From NCBI GenBank assembly GCA_944375905.1, contig CALWAS010000018.1:1120-65119 (forward strand): DNA of 64,000 nucleotides, given 5' to 3'. The notes under the pieces are model-generated. The model was not told where the DNA came from, did no database searches, and was given only the letters and a program-made list of their open reading frames with translations. Position 1 is the first letter of the stretch. Every line of letters begins with the position of its first letter. This document shows, piece after piece, positions 1 through 9,167 of this stretch. Source of the DNA: an uncultured Bacilli bacterium. Its GTDB lineage: Bacteria; Bacillota_I; Bacilli_A; RFN20; CAG-826. Both the position numbers and the translations under genes were made by a program.

Positions 1-1046
1 ACGATTAGGTTATCGAAGCTCTTTTGAAGCAAGCCGATCACGTCAATGACCGCGGATTCCCGGAAGTTATCCGAACCTTCTTTGGCCACAAGCCGATAAA
101 TCCCTATGACCGGGCAACGACCGTTCTTTTCCTCGAAATCCTTGGCCTTGGAAAGGATGTCTTCATATATGAACCGCTTGCGGGTGTCATTCGACTCGAC
201 CGTCGCGGTTATGAGCTTTTCGGGAACAGATTGGAAGTTGGCTTTGAGCTGCTTGGTATCCTTGGGCAGGCAATATCCCCCGTATCCGAAAGACGGGTTG
301 TTGTAGTAATCGCCGATTCGCGGGTCGAGGGATACTCCCTTTACGAGGTGGGCAGTCGACAAGCCGCGACTCTTGGCATAGGTATCGAGCTCGTTGAAGA
401 AGGCGACCCGCATCGCAAGATACGCATTGGAAAAGAGCTTGATTGCTTCGGCCTCCGACGAGGAAACAAAAAGAGTTGGCACGTCTTTGCTCTCCGAGCA
501 GGAAAGCAGGGCTTCGGCAAACTCTTTCCCTCTCTTCATGCTCTCATCGTCGTCTTTGGCCAAGCCGATTACGATGCGGGAAGGAGAAACCGTGTCTAGA
601 TAGGCACGGGACTCCCTCAGGAACTCCGGGGCAAAGACAAAGCGAAGAGACGGAAACCGACGGCTTATTTCTTCCGTGTAGCCGACCGGAACCGTCGATT
701 TGATGACGACGGTCGCATCGGGGCAGCGATTGCTGATTTCTCCAATCACTTCCTCAACGTGGCTTGTATCGAAGGAATTAAGCTTGGGATCGTAATTGGT
801 CGATGTGGCAATCACGACGACATCCGAACCTGGATAAGCCAAAGTGGGATCGTCGGTAACGAATGGAAGCTTGCCCAACTTATCGATGGCTTTCTGGGTT
901 TCCTTGTCTCCGATGGGCGAATGCCCATTTCGCAAGAAAGAAACCTTCCCCTCGTCCACGTCAATGGCTCTTACTTCGTATTTCTTGCTTAGCGCGATGG
1001 CAAGGGCTGTTCCTACGTAGCCAAGGCCGGCAACAGTAATTTTCAT
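1..1046 (-). CDS. ugd: UDP-glucose 6-dehydrogenase (3' end runs off the window; absent from the ORF track)
   Basis: Manual translation from the ATG at 1046 gives MKITVAGLGYVG (GxGxxG), then IKSTVPVG, PEFLRE, EAEAIKLFSNAYLAMRVAFFNELD, DPRIG, NNPSFGYGGYCLPKD (catalytic Cys) and SDNFRES. No stop before base 1. Confidence 0.95.
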   Translation of the reverse strand, partial: MKITVAGLGYVGTALAIALSKKYEVRAIDVDEGKVSFLRNGHSPIGDKETQKAIDKLGKLPFVTDDPTLAYPGSDVVVIATSTNYDPKLNSFDTSHVEEVIGEISNRCPDATVVIKSTVPVGYTEEISRRFPSLRFVFAPEFLRESRAYLDTVSPSRIVIGLAKDDDESMKRGKEFAEALLSCSESKDVPTLFVSSSEAEAIKLFSNAYLAMRVAFFNELDTYAKSRGLSTAHLVKGVSLDPRIGDYYNNPSFGYGGYCLPKDTKQLKANFQSVPEKLITATVESNDTRKRFIYEDILSKAKDFEEKNGRCPVIGIYRLVAKEGSDNFRESAVIDVIGLLQKSFDNLI

Positions 1047-1517
1047 TTTGCAAGCGTTCCTAGCTCGTCACGATTGTATCAACTTGCGGCGGATTGTGGA
1101 GAAAAAGGAAACGAATATGCAAGAGCCGGCCGAAAACAAAGGAAGACAGTCGATTAGGAAGACCAAAAAAACCATAAAGGCGACTTCGGGAGCGATAAAT
1201 AAAGGCAATCAATCATAAGCTCAAGAAGGTGTGCTTTCGTGAAGAAAGGTCGCTGCAAGCCGTAAGTGTATATGGGTGCATCGGGCTTCGCAGGACATTG
1301 TAAAAGGAGGAACCCATATGTTATCTAGGAAGAAACTAAAATTTGTTGCTATTGATTAGTAATCTATTCTCGTAGGAAATAGTTCTTTCAGAACACTCGT
1401 CTTGATTATTAGTTTTTGCAAAGCGAGAAACGTTAGAATATAGCCTTTACAGTGCCTCGGTTTTACGTATGCGTTCCAGAGCGTAAAATAGCGACGTTAA
1501 TCCAAGGTGGAACAACC

Positions 1518-2234
1518 ATGTCTCAAAAAACATATGCATTGATAATAGCGGGTGGCGTCGGAGCCCGGATGAAAACCGACATACCAAAGCAATTCCTGAG
1601 CGTCTTTGACAGACCAGTTATTTCCTACACCATGGAGGCCTTTGAGAATGACGAAAGGATCGACGGCATCGCCGTGGTATGCGTCGAGGGGTGGGATCAT
1701 CTTCTGGATGCCATCGCCAAGCAGTACAAGATTAGTAAATACATGGGTAGTTGCCTCGGAGGCGATACCGGTCAACATTCCATATATAACGGGCTTGCCT
1801 TCTTGAAGCAGAGGGTCGACGAAAACGACATCGTGCTGATACACGATGCCATTCGGCCGTTGGTCTCGGAGGAGATAATTGACGACTGCATCGATAAGAT
1901 CAAGGAATATGGAAACGCCGTTTCGGTCATCCCCTGCAACGAAGTGATACTTAGGAACGCCGAAGGATCGAACGAGACCTCTGACGGCACCATCGACAGA
2001 TCCACCCTCAAGCGAACCCAGACGCCGCAAGGCGCCACGTTGAAAACGCTTCTCGAAATGCACGAAAAGGCGAAAAGGGAAGGAAAGGCTTACATCGCCA
2101 CCGCCGACCTACTCCTGGGGTCGGGATACGTGGTCCATTACTCATTGGGGTCGGAAAAGAACGTCAAGCTCACGACGCAGGACGATTTAGACATCATGAA
2201 AGCCCTCCTTGAGGTGTCAGGTCATGGAAAGTAA
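1518..2234 (+). CDS. IspD/TarI-family sugar-phosphate cytidylyltransferase
   Basis: Motifs AGGVGARM, PKQF, IHDAIRP, QTPQ, NVKLTT. Start placed at ATG 1518 after AAGGTGG. Polysaccharide context favours CDP-alditol synthesis over the MEP pathway. Confidence 0.9.
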   Translation: MSQKTYALIIAGGVGARMKTDIPKQFLSVFDRPVISYTMEAFENDERIDGIAVVCVEGWDHLLDAIAKQYKISKYMGSCLGGDTGQHSIYNGLAFLKQRVDENDIVLIHDAIRPLVSEEIIDDCIDKIKEYGNAVSVIPCNEVILRNAEGSNETSDGTIDRSTLKRTQTPQGATLKTLLEMHEKAKREGKAYIATADLLLGSGYVVHYSLGSEKNVKLTTQDDLDIMKALLEVSGHGK

Positions 2235-2934
2235 GAGCGCTTTCTTGCGTTTCCTTCGCGAGGAAAAGGAAAAAACACTTCGGGCCAATTTGCTGCTGCA
2301 TGCCGAAGGGCTGGCTCCCCTTACGTGGGGCAACGTCAGCGAACGCGCCTATTTTGAAGGTAATGCCTATATCTTCATAAAGCCGTCTGGCGTCGACTAC
2401 GGAGCAATGACTGCCGACGACATAGCGGTCGTAGACGAAAGCGGAAAGAAGATTGACGGGGGATTAAAGCCGTCGACCGATCTGCCGACCCACTTAATGA
2501 TCTACAGAGCCTACAAGAATGTTTTTGGCGTTTGCCATGCCCATCCTGAGTTTGCAGTTGCATGGGCCCAAGCGAAGCGAGATATCCCAAATTACGGAAC
2601 GACTCATTCCGACTTTGCCCTAGGGCCAATCAAATGCACTAGGGATCTCAGGAAAGAAGAAATCCAAAGCGATTACGAAGCCAACACCGGACTTGCCATT
2701 TTGGAATGCGCAAACGAGACCATGCCCGGGATCAACGCGAGTTCTCACGGCCCATTTACCTGGGGGAAGTCTGGTTTGGATGCCGTTAAGAACATGATCA
2801 CGCTAGAGAAAATTGCAAAGATGGCATTTCTGACTGAAGAACTGAATAGCAAGGCAAACCAGATTTCAGATACCGATCTAGCCAAAAAGCACTACTACCG
2901 CAAGCACGGGAAGGATGCCTATTATGGACAATAA
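2224..2934 (+). CDS. araD: L-ribulose-5-phosphate 4-epimerase (class II aldolase fold)
   Basis: TWGNVS, IKPSGVDY, KPSTDLPTH, HAH, GTTHSD, YEANTG, SHGPFTWG, KHYYRKHGKDAYYGQ. Overlaps the upstream gene end, with GAGGTG before the ATG. Confidence 0.92.
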   Translation: MESKSAFLRFLREEKEKTLRANLLLHAEGLAPLTWGNVSERAYFEGNAYIFIKPSGVDYGAMTADDIAVVDESGKKIDGGLKPSTDLPTHLMIYRAYKNVFGVCHAHPEFAVAWAQAKRDIPNYGTTHSDFALGPIKCTRDLRKEEIQSDYEANTGLAILECANETMPGINASSHGPFTWGKSGLDAVKNMITLEKIAKMAFLTEELNSKANQISDTDLAKKHYYRKHGKDAYYGQ

Positions 2935-3964
2935 GCTTTACGAATATCTAAAGTCTGATTTCGAGACCATTTTTTCCACAAAACTCTCAAAAGTCTTGCC
3001 GCAGCTCAATCACTCTTCTTTTCTTATTACCGGCGCTACCGGGCTCATTGGCAAATATCTTTCATATTTCCTCATTTATCTAGTCGAGAAGAAGGGCTTC
3101 GATTTAGATCTAACCTTTTCTTCCTATGGCGAGGCAGAGTTGAATCAAGCATTTGGTTTTTCTAAGGCCAGCGTTCATTTGTTGCCGGGCGATATAACCA
3201 AAGGGCTGCCTTTTGACGGTAAGGCCGATTACGTTATCCATTTAGCTAGCAATGCGAATCCTGCCCTTTATATGCAGAAGCCGATAGATACCGAACTTGG
3301 AATCATAGTCGGAACGAACAACGTCCTTTCTTTGGCTTCGAAATCGAATTCCAAAAGAGTTTTCTTCGCCTCGACAACTGATGTTTACGGAAACCCGATC
3401 AAATCGGGGCCTCTCTCGGAAGATGACATAGGCGTTTTCAATTGCAATAGTCTTCGAGGAGTTTATAACGAAGCCAAAAGAGCTGCTGAATCGCTTTGCC
3501 AAGGCTGGATTTCTGAAAAGGGATTAGATGTCGTCATCGGCCGGTTCTCGCGCCTTTTTGGCCCGACCGCCAACTTCAATTCATCCCTGGCCTCTGTTGC
3601 TTTCTTTAAAAAGGCCGTTTTGAATGAACCAATTGAAATTCTGAAGCCCACCACAGCTCGTTATTCGTTTACCTATGTCGGCAATGCCGTTGCCGCCATA
3701 CTGCACTTATTGATCTGTGGCAAATCCGGACAGGCTTACAACATAGCTACAAAAGATTGCTTGGCGGAGGTTGATGGCTTTGCAAAGCAAATAATTACCG
3801 GGTCCGGTAGTCAGTCAGACATCATATATAAATCCGAAAGGACAAAGGGCCACGATGTCATATTAGAAACAGGGAAACTAGAAGCCAGCGGGTTTGAGGC
3901 CCCATTTGGTTCTAACTATGGAATCGAAAAAACAGCTATCAAATTAAAGGCAGGTTTGTTTTAA
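2924..3964 (+). CDS. NAD(P)-dependent epimerase/dehydratase/reductase (extended SDR), candidate CDP-pentulose reductase
   Basis: ITGATGLIG, HLAS, STTDVYG, YNEAK (YxxxK). Overlaps the araD end. Confidence 0.85.
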   Translation: MDNKLYEYLKSDFETIFSTKLSKVLPQLNHSSFLITGATGLIGKYLSYFLIYLVEKKGFDLDLTFSSYGEAELNQAFGFSKASVHLLPGDITKGLPFDGKADYVIHLASNANPALYMQKPIDTELGIIVGTNNVLSLASKSNSKRVFFASTTDVYGNPIKSGPLSEDDIGVFNCNSLRGVYNEAKRAAESLCQGWISEKGLDVVIGRFSRLFGPTANFNSSLASVAFFKKAVLNEPIEILKPTTARYSFTYVGNAVAAILHLLICGKSGQAYNIATKDCLAEVDGFAKQIITGSGSQSDIIYKSERTKGHDVILETGKLEASGFEAPFGSNYGIEKTAIKLKAGLF

Positions 3965-4080
3965 GAATCCTCAGAATTTAGTTCATAGAACATAGCGAGC
4001 CTAAAACCATTATGGCAGTTCTTTAGTTTAATCAGCACATGGCCTTAGGCTTTAAAATGAAAGTAAAAACTGCCTAATTG

Positions 4081-4944
4081 CTAGTCTTTAATGGCATCTT
4101 CGTTGAAAGAGACACCGCATGTGAAATGGTGTGCAACGCGATCGCCTTCAGGCGGCAGTTGCATGTAGTTTCCATAAACCCACCTAAGATACTCATCCCA
4201 CTTTTTGGGGGCCGAAACTTTTCTGCCTTCAAAAACAACAGTTGTTCTCCCAACAAAAAGATCTGCCGGGCATCGTGCGAGAAGGTTGTCGCCAACATTG
4301 ATGAATTTTTCTCGACCGGATGAATGTTTCCTAAGGTAGGTATTTCTTATTTTTCTGGCCTTGGTGGAGGAGCACCAGAAAAAAGCGGCATGGCCAGCAA
4401 CTTGAAGCAAAAAATGTAAAAACGGGCGCTTCGGTTTCCCGAGTCTCAAAAAGTCTTTCGGGAAGCACTTAACATCAAGCAGAAGCAACCAAATGTCTCT
4501 AAGCGCCCCCCTAACAGACTTTTTAGAGGGCGTTGGCAATAAAGGAAAAATATCAATGAAAATCCCCTTGCTGGAATCGTGGCTTTGCTTGACATATTCA
4601 TCATAAATAGTTCCGCGCATCATGAGCTTAGCAAAACTTTGCCAAGTTCGTGGATCTCGTTCTTCGACATCCAAATAGAAGAGATCAGTATCATCAAATG
4701 TGTCAATCAACCTGTAGTAGTCCTTGGCCGGCATTGCAACATCAAGGTCATCGTCCCAAGGAATATATCCTTTATGTCTTGCGGCCCCAAGCAAAGTGCC
4801 TCCAATAACAATGTAATCAAAAGCATTTTTGTTACAGTAATCAATAAAGAAATCTAGGATTTTCAGTTGGGTTTTACGAAGTTTTTTGCACTCTTCTTTA
4901 GTAAGTTCCACCACTGGCATTATCTCTGCATTTTTAACTACCAT
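4081..4944 (-). CDS. LicD-family phosphotransferase
   Basis: GGTLLGAARHKGYIPWDDDLDV, IDIFP, YL..VYGNYMQLPP. Start moved to ATG 4944 behind GGAGG. Confidence 0.92.
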   Translation of the reverse strand: MVVKNAEIMPVVELTKEECKKLRKTQLKILDFFIDYCNKNAFDYIVIGGTLLGAARHKGYIPWDDDLDVAMPAKDYYRLIDTFDDTDLFYLDVEERDPRTWQSFAKLMMRGTIYDEYVKQSHDSSKGIFIDIFPLLPTPSKKSVRGALRDIWLLLLDVKCFPKDFLRLGKPKRPFLHFLLQVAGHAAFFWCSSTKARKIRNTYLRKHSSGREKFINVGDNLLARCPADLFVGRTTVVFEGRKVSAPKKWDEYLRWVYGNYMQLPPEGDRVAHHFTCGVSFNEDAIKD

Positions 4945-5333
4945 GATTTTCAACCTCCAATTCAATCCGCTCAATCTTGTTCTTTTATGCTCATTTAAAA
5001 TCGCAATAGAGCAACTGCCATTTAATGTTAACCGCTTAAAGCTTTTGATTCTTACCAATTCTTCTAAGAATTTCATTAAATAGTGAGAAAGTTTTGAACT
5101 AGCCCCAATTTGGAGGTTACTAATTTTTAAGGAACCGGTGATGAAGCGCTTCTCTAATCAACCACAAAGTCAGTAGCCCCACGCACGTAATGAAGGACGG
5201 CAATATTTGGTTTTTCTTAAGAATATAGCCAGTTAATTTTCATATGATCATCCAGGTTATGACTCCAAACAAAAACCAATAGAGGAAAAACAACAAATGA
5301 GGACACGGTTAGTCAATCGGGCCACACGAAAGG

Positions 5334-6086
5334 CTATCGTACATTCCAGTATTTCCTTAAACCGTAAAAAGCCCAATGAGCGAGGAAATAAATTCTTTTC
5401 AAAAAAGGAACGCCAACTTTTTTATATGCTCTGAATTGCCATTTGATTAGCCGGATCTTTTTACGACTTTTTGAATCCGGATGTATCCTTAGCGTTCCAA
5501 GAACTTTTTGATTACCTACAGCATGGGTTCCATCCTTAAGGAGATTCAAAAAGAAAACCAAGTCCTCGCATTTCTTCATATCAACGGGGAATCGGAGATC
5601 AAGATATGCATTACGCTTATATATCGTTCCAAGAGGAGCCATCGGATTGCCACCCAAGACAAGATTGAATGTGATGTCGCGGGGAACAATAAAATCAGTG
5701 ACAGAGTTTGAAGCCGCCCGACGATAGCTTGACACAACTACCTTGGCATTTGTTTCAGCTACAACGTGCAACTGTTCCTCTAAATAATTTGCATCATATT
5801 CATCGTCAGCATCCAAAAACGAAACGAAATCGCCCTTTGCCATATCGAGCGCAGCATTCCTAGCCGCAGCCGTTCCGCTATTTTTTGAAAGTTTAGCAAC
5901 CTTGATGCGAGAATCGCTCTTTGCGATATTCAATGCTATTTGATAAGAGTCATCGGTTGAGCAGTCATCGACAATTATCATTTCCCAGTTTTGATGCGTT
6001 TGTCGCAATACGCTTTCAACAGCCGCTTTCAAAAATCTTCCATAATTATAGAGGGGGGTAATTATTGTTACCAAAGGCAAACTCAT
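5334..6086 (-). CDS. GT2 glycosyltransferase
   Basis: VTIITPLYN, IIVDDCSTD, ARNAALD, FLDADD (DxD), CED. Confidence 0.92.
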   Translation of the reverse strand: MSLPLVTIITPLYNYGRFLKAAVESVLRQTHQNWEMIIVDDCSTDDSYQIALNIAKSDSRIKVAKLSKNSGTAAARNAALDMAKGDFVSFLDADDEYDANYLEEQLHVVAETNAKVVVSSYRRAASNSVTDFIVPRDITFNLVLGGNPMAPLGTIYKRNAYLDLRFPVDMKKCEDLVFFLNLLKDGTHAVGNQKVLGTLRIHPDSKSRKKIRLIKWQFRAYKKVGVPFLKRIYFLAHWAFYGLRKYWNVR

Positions 6087-6513
6087 GGCTGAATTATACA
6101 TATAAAGCGAATCTTTTATATACGGCTTAACAATGGCCGCATCTGCTGTGAAATGGTTTCTTTATGCGTAAAAGTAAATCAAGGATAAGATTGGCTTTCG
6201 TGAACAAATAGTCAACTGAAATTCAACATGCTGAGAAGTTCTTTTTCAGAATTGACATCTGCACTCTTTATTTGCCGCATAACGTTATTGGGGCCGTTTC
6301 TTATTTCAAGCGATAACTCGAGCACTTCTCGGCACAAATAGGCTGCGTGCTTCTTGAATGCAAAAGCAGAAGAATTTTTCTGTCTAAACGAACGCTAAAC
6401 TTCCTCCTTAAGAAACTTCATCAACGCTTCTGAATCCATCGAGCATATCACTGCGGCCCCATGGCCAAATACGGCATGCAAACAAACGTCATAGGCTTTT
6501 CTGATGCAGTCCG

Positions 6514-7734
6514 TCACTTCAGCTCTTCAACACATGTAATAAAATCATCCAAATAATTATCAAGATCAAACTTACAAGCCTGTTCTCTGGCCCTCAATTC
6601 ATATTCTTTAATAATGGCAGGGTTGCGTTGCAGAGACTCTATTGATTCTTTCAATTGAGAAACCAAATCCTTGTTTGTGTCAATAACGATGGCAGAATCG
6701 CCAACTATTTCTGGAATTCCTCCATCGTTTGTTGTGACAAGCGCCTTTCCACAAGCTAGTGCTTCGAAAACAGTAAGGGGGCAAGGATCGCCCCAGTCGG
6801 AAGGCAAACACACAACATCGGATATGGCATATATGGCCGGCATCTGATCATGCTTGACGTAACCAGTAAAAACGATTCTATCTTTTATTTCTAGACAACT
6901 GCCTCGCAATTCAGACTCAAACGGGCTCTTTACTGATGTGTCGTAAAAATTGTTCCCCACAATCAAAAGAACCTTATTTGGAACCGAAACACGTTTGAAG
7001 GCCTCAACTAAATATCCGATTCCTTTTTCAGCACAGATTCTTCCAACAAAAAGGATAACAAAACTACCTTTCGGTATGCCGAAGCGTTTAAATAAACATT
7101 CTTTGTCTATCTTTATCGGTTTGTATTGCTTCAGATCAACGGCATTGAACAGCGTCTTTACACTTGTTTGCTCCGACTCAATGCAATCGATTTTGCCAAA
7201 AATGCCTGTCACATAATCGGAAACAGTAATTATTCCCATTAATGACCCCAGCACGCCCTCAACACCGTAAAGTCTTTTTGGAATTGAGTGGGCATGATAA
7301 ACAACTTTTTGTTTCAAAAAGTGGCGATCGCTCTTTAAAAACGCCCTTAACACGGGAATCGAGTTTTCCTCAACCAAACAGTCAAAATCGAGTTGTTTTA
7401 TTATTCTGCTGGCCTTTTTATAGTAACTGCGAGTCCTGAACATAAAACCATATGACATAGTCCTTTGGCTTTTAAGTAATTTGAGAATGCAGGTGAAAGC
7501 TGAATCCAGAAGGCAAGCGACTTTTGAAGGTTTGATAAAGATAAAGTCAGAATTTTCATATTTTTTTGATGACGCTTGGGCTTCTATGTCAAATGCGCTT
7601 ATAACAACAAACTTGGCGCGTTTTAAAATCTCGTTTCTTTTTAAGAGTCCGTCCTCAATTAGGGTTTCAACCGCCCCGCCGTGTACTGCAGGAACCGGAA
7701 GCTTGTTTCCGCATAGCATTACAATTTTTTTCAT
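6514..7734 (-). CDS. GT4 glycosyltransferase
   Basis: PVPAVHGGAVE, FVGRICAEKG, DPCPLTVFEALACG, GGIPEIV. Confidence 0.92.
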   Translation of the reverse strand: MKKIVMLCGNKLPVPAVHGGAVETLIEDGLLKRNEILKRAKFVVISAFDIEAQASSKKYENSDFIFIKPSKVACLLDSAFTCILKLLKSQRTMSYGFMFRTRSYYKKASRIIKQLDFDCLVEENSIPVLRAFLKSDRHFLKQKVVYHAHSIPKRLYGVEGVLGSLMGIITVSDYVTGIFGKIDCIESEQTSVKTLFNAVDLKQYKPIKIDKECLFKRFGIPKGSFVILFVGRICAEKGIGYLVEAFKRVSVPNKVLLIVGNNFYDTSVKSPFESELRGSCLEIKDRIVFTGYVKHDQMPAIYAISDVVCLPSDWGDPCPLTVFEALACGKALVTTNDGGIPEIVGDSAIVIDTNKDLVSQLKESIESLQRNPAIIKEYELRAREQACKFDLDNYLDDFITCVEELK

Positions 7735-9045
7735 TTAATGCCTCCTTTTTCCCAAATATGACATCAGATCTTTCCTAAATTTAGATGATTGCTCCCCTTT
7801 GTTAAAGAATGTCGTGGCCACGTTAAATTGATTTTCTCTTGATGTCTCGAGACGTTTAAAATTGTTCGCGTTAAATTCCGTAAGAACTATTTTTAGCGTT
7901 TCCTCATCATTAACTGACAATCCTGAATCGGTCGCCCTAAAAAAATCTATGGTGCCAGAGCTAGAAGGGCCAAATGCTATTATTGGCTTTCCAGAACAGA
8001 CATAATCGCCGACTTTAGTGCTAAGGGCGAATTCGGTTGATCGGATGTTTCCTTTTTTAAATCCTTCCGCAACTAATAACCCATCAGCTTTATTTTTAAT
8101 GATCTCGATTACTTTTGAATATGGGATGCCTTTGTGTAAAGTCAAACAAGACGGCAATTTTTTCCCATCAAAACGTTCAATATCTGGCGCATATACATAT
8201 ATTTTCAAATCAGGGTATTTGTATTTGGAAATTCTAGCAAAAGTCAATATTGACTTGTCTCTCCCAAGAGAAAGATTCCCAAAGTAATATAAGTTTGTGA
8301 GTTTTTTGGAACCTGAACTCTGCGTTGGCCGTATTTCACTTGGTATATAAACCACGCTGCCATCAAGACCATACTCATCTTTGAAATGTTTCCTAATTTT
8401 GTCAGAATTAAATATTCCGTATCCATCTTTTGACATTAATCCTTTAACATATTTCAAAAAATTACGATGATAGTGGGAGTAAAGGGGCGTTTTCTTGTCG
8501 TAGTTGTATGGAAAGTCATCAGCGATGTAATAAAAAATTGGAATGTTAAAAAGTTTCTGATAATGCTCGGCTATTTCAAAAAGGAAAAAGTCATATGAAA
8601 ATCCCAAAAAAATCGCTTCTGGCTTAAATGCAAGAACCTCTTTTTCAAGTTCCTTTGTGTCCCAGACACCGTTTTTCCAAATCCATTTTCTTAAGTAATA
8701 CGAAAGAATGCCTCTTTTCTTAAACGAAAGCCTTTTAATAGAATCATCTTGTTCCCATTCGTCTTTCAAGGAATCAGAAAAGAACAGTTTTCCAATTTTC
8801 CGTTTTTTATTGATCTTGTGAATCAAAAGGTCAATGTCCTTTATTTGATAAAAAGTTGAACAGTGACCTCTGCACGGAACGCGGGGATCGGCAAAGATTT
8901 GAAATAGTTTTTCAGATGGATAGGACCAAAAGCATGAATCAAAGGCCCTTGTTTGCATGGATTTATTATAGGGGACAACAGAAACTACAAGGATTCTTGG
9001 CAGCGATGCACCTAGAAGGCTTTTTTGGTCTTTTTTTTCTTTCAT
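7735..9045 (-). CDS. Putative glycosyltransferase (GT-B fold, GT4-like)
   Basis: YIADD, YFGNL..GR, STKVGDYVCSGKPIIAFGP. GGAGG RBS upstream; lies inside the glycan operon. Confidence 0.7.
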   Translation of the reverse strand: MKEKKDQKSLLGASLPRILVVSVVPYNKSMQTRAFDSCFWSYPSEKLFQIFADPRVPCRGHCSTFYQIKDIDLLIHKINKKRKIGKLFFSDSLKDEWEQDDSIKRLSFKKRGILSYYLRKWIWKNGVWDTKELEKEVLAFKPEAIFLGFSYDFFLFEIAEHYQKLFNIPIFYYIADDFPYNYDKKTPLYSHYHRNFLKYVKGLMSKDGYGIFNSDKIRKHFKDEYGLDGSVVYIPSEIRPTQSSGSKKLTNLYYFGNLSLGRDKSILTFARISKYKYPDLKIYVYAPDIERFDGKKLPSCLTLHKGIPYSKVIEIIKNKADGLLVAEGFKKGNIRSTEFALSTKVGDYVCSGKPIIAFGPSSSGTIDFFRATDSGLSVNDEETLKIVLTEFNANNFKRLETSRENQFNVATTFFNKGEQSSKFRKDLMSYLGKRRH

Positions 9046-9167
9046 TTGGCCTCCTCCATATAGGCTTAGCCTCAGTCAGTTTAAACTAGCTATCAGCTAT
9101 CGTTCCTAAGCTCTATTGATTATTGTTTGGTTCCAATAAGAACAAACAACGACACGTGGTAAAACCG

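Noticed and set aside
24-992. Plus-strand ORFs at the window start
   Set aside because: Antisense shadows of ugd on the minus strand.
1435-5230. AGAATATAGCC repeated at 1435-1445 and 5220-5230
   Set aside because: Single 11-mer direct repeat in AT-rich spacers with no extension; compatible with chance.
6395-6517. 40-codon GTG ORF overlapping the GT4 stop
   Set aside because: No convincing RBS or recognisable motif; cannot be supported.
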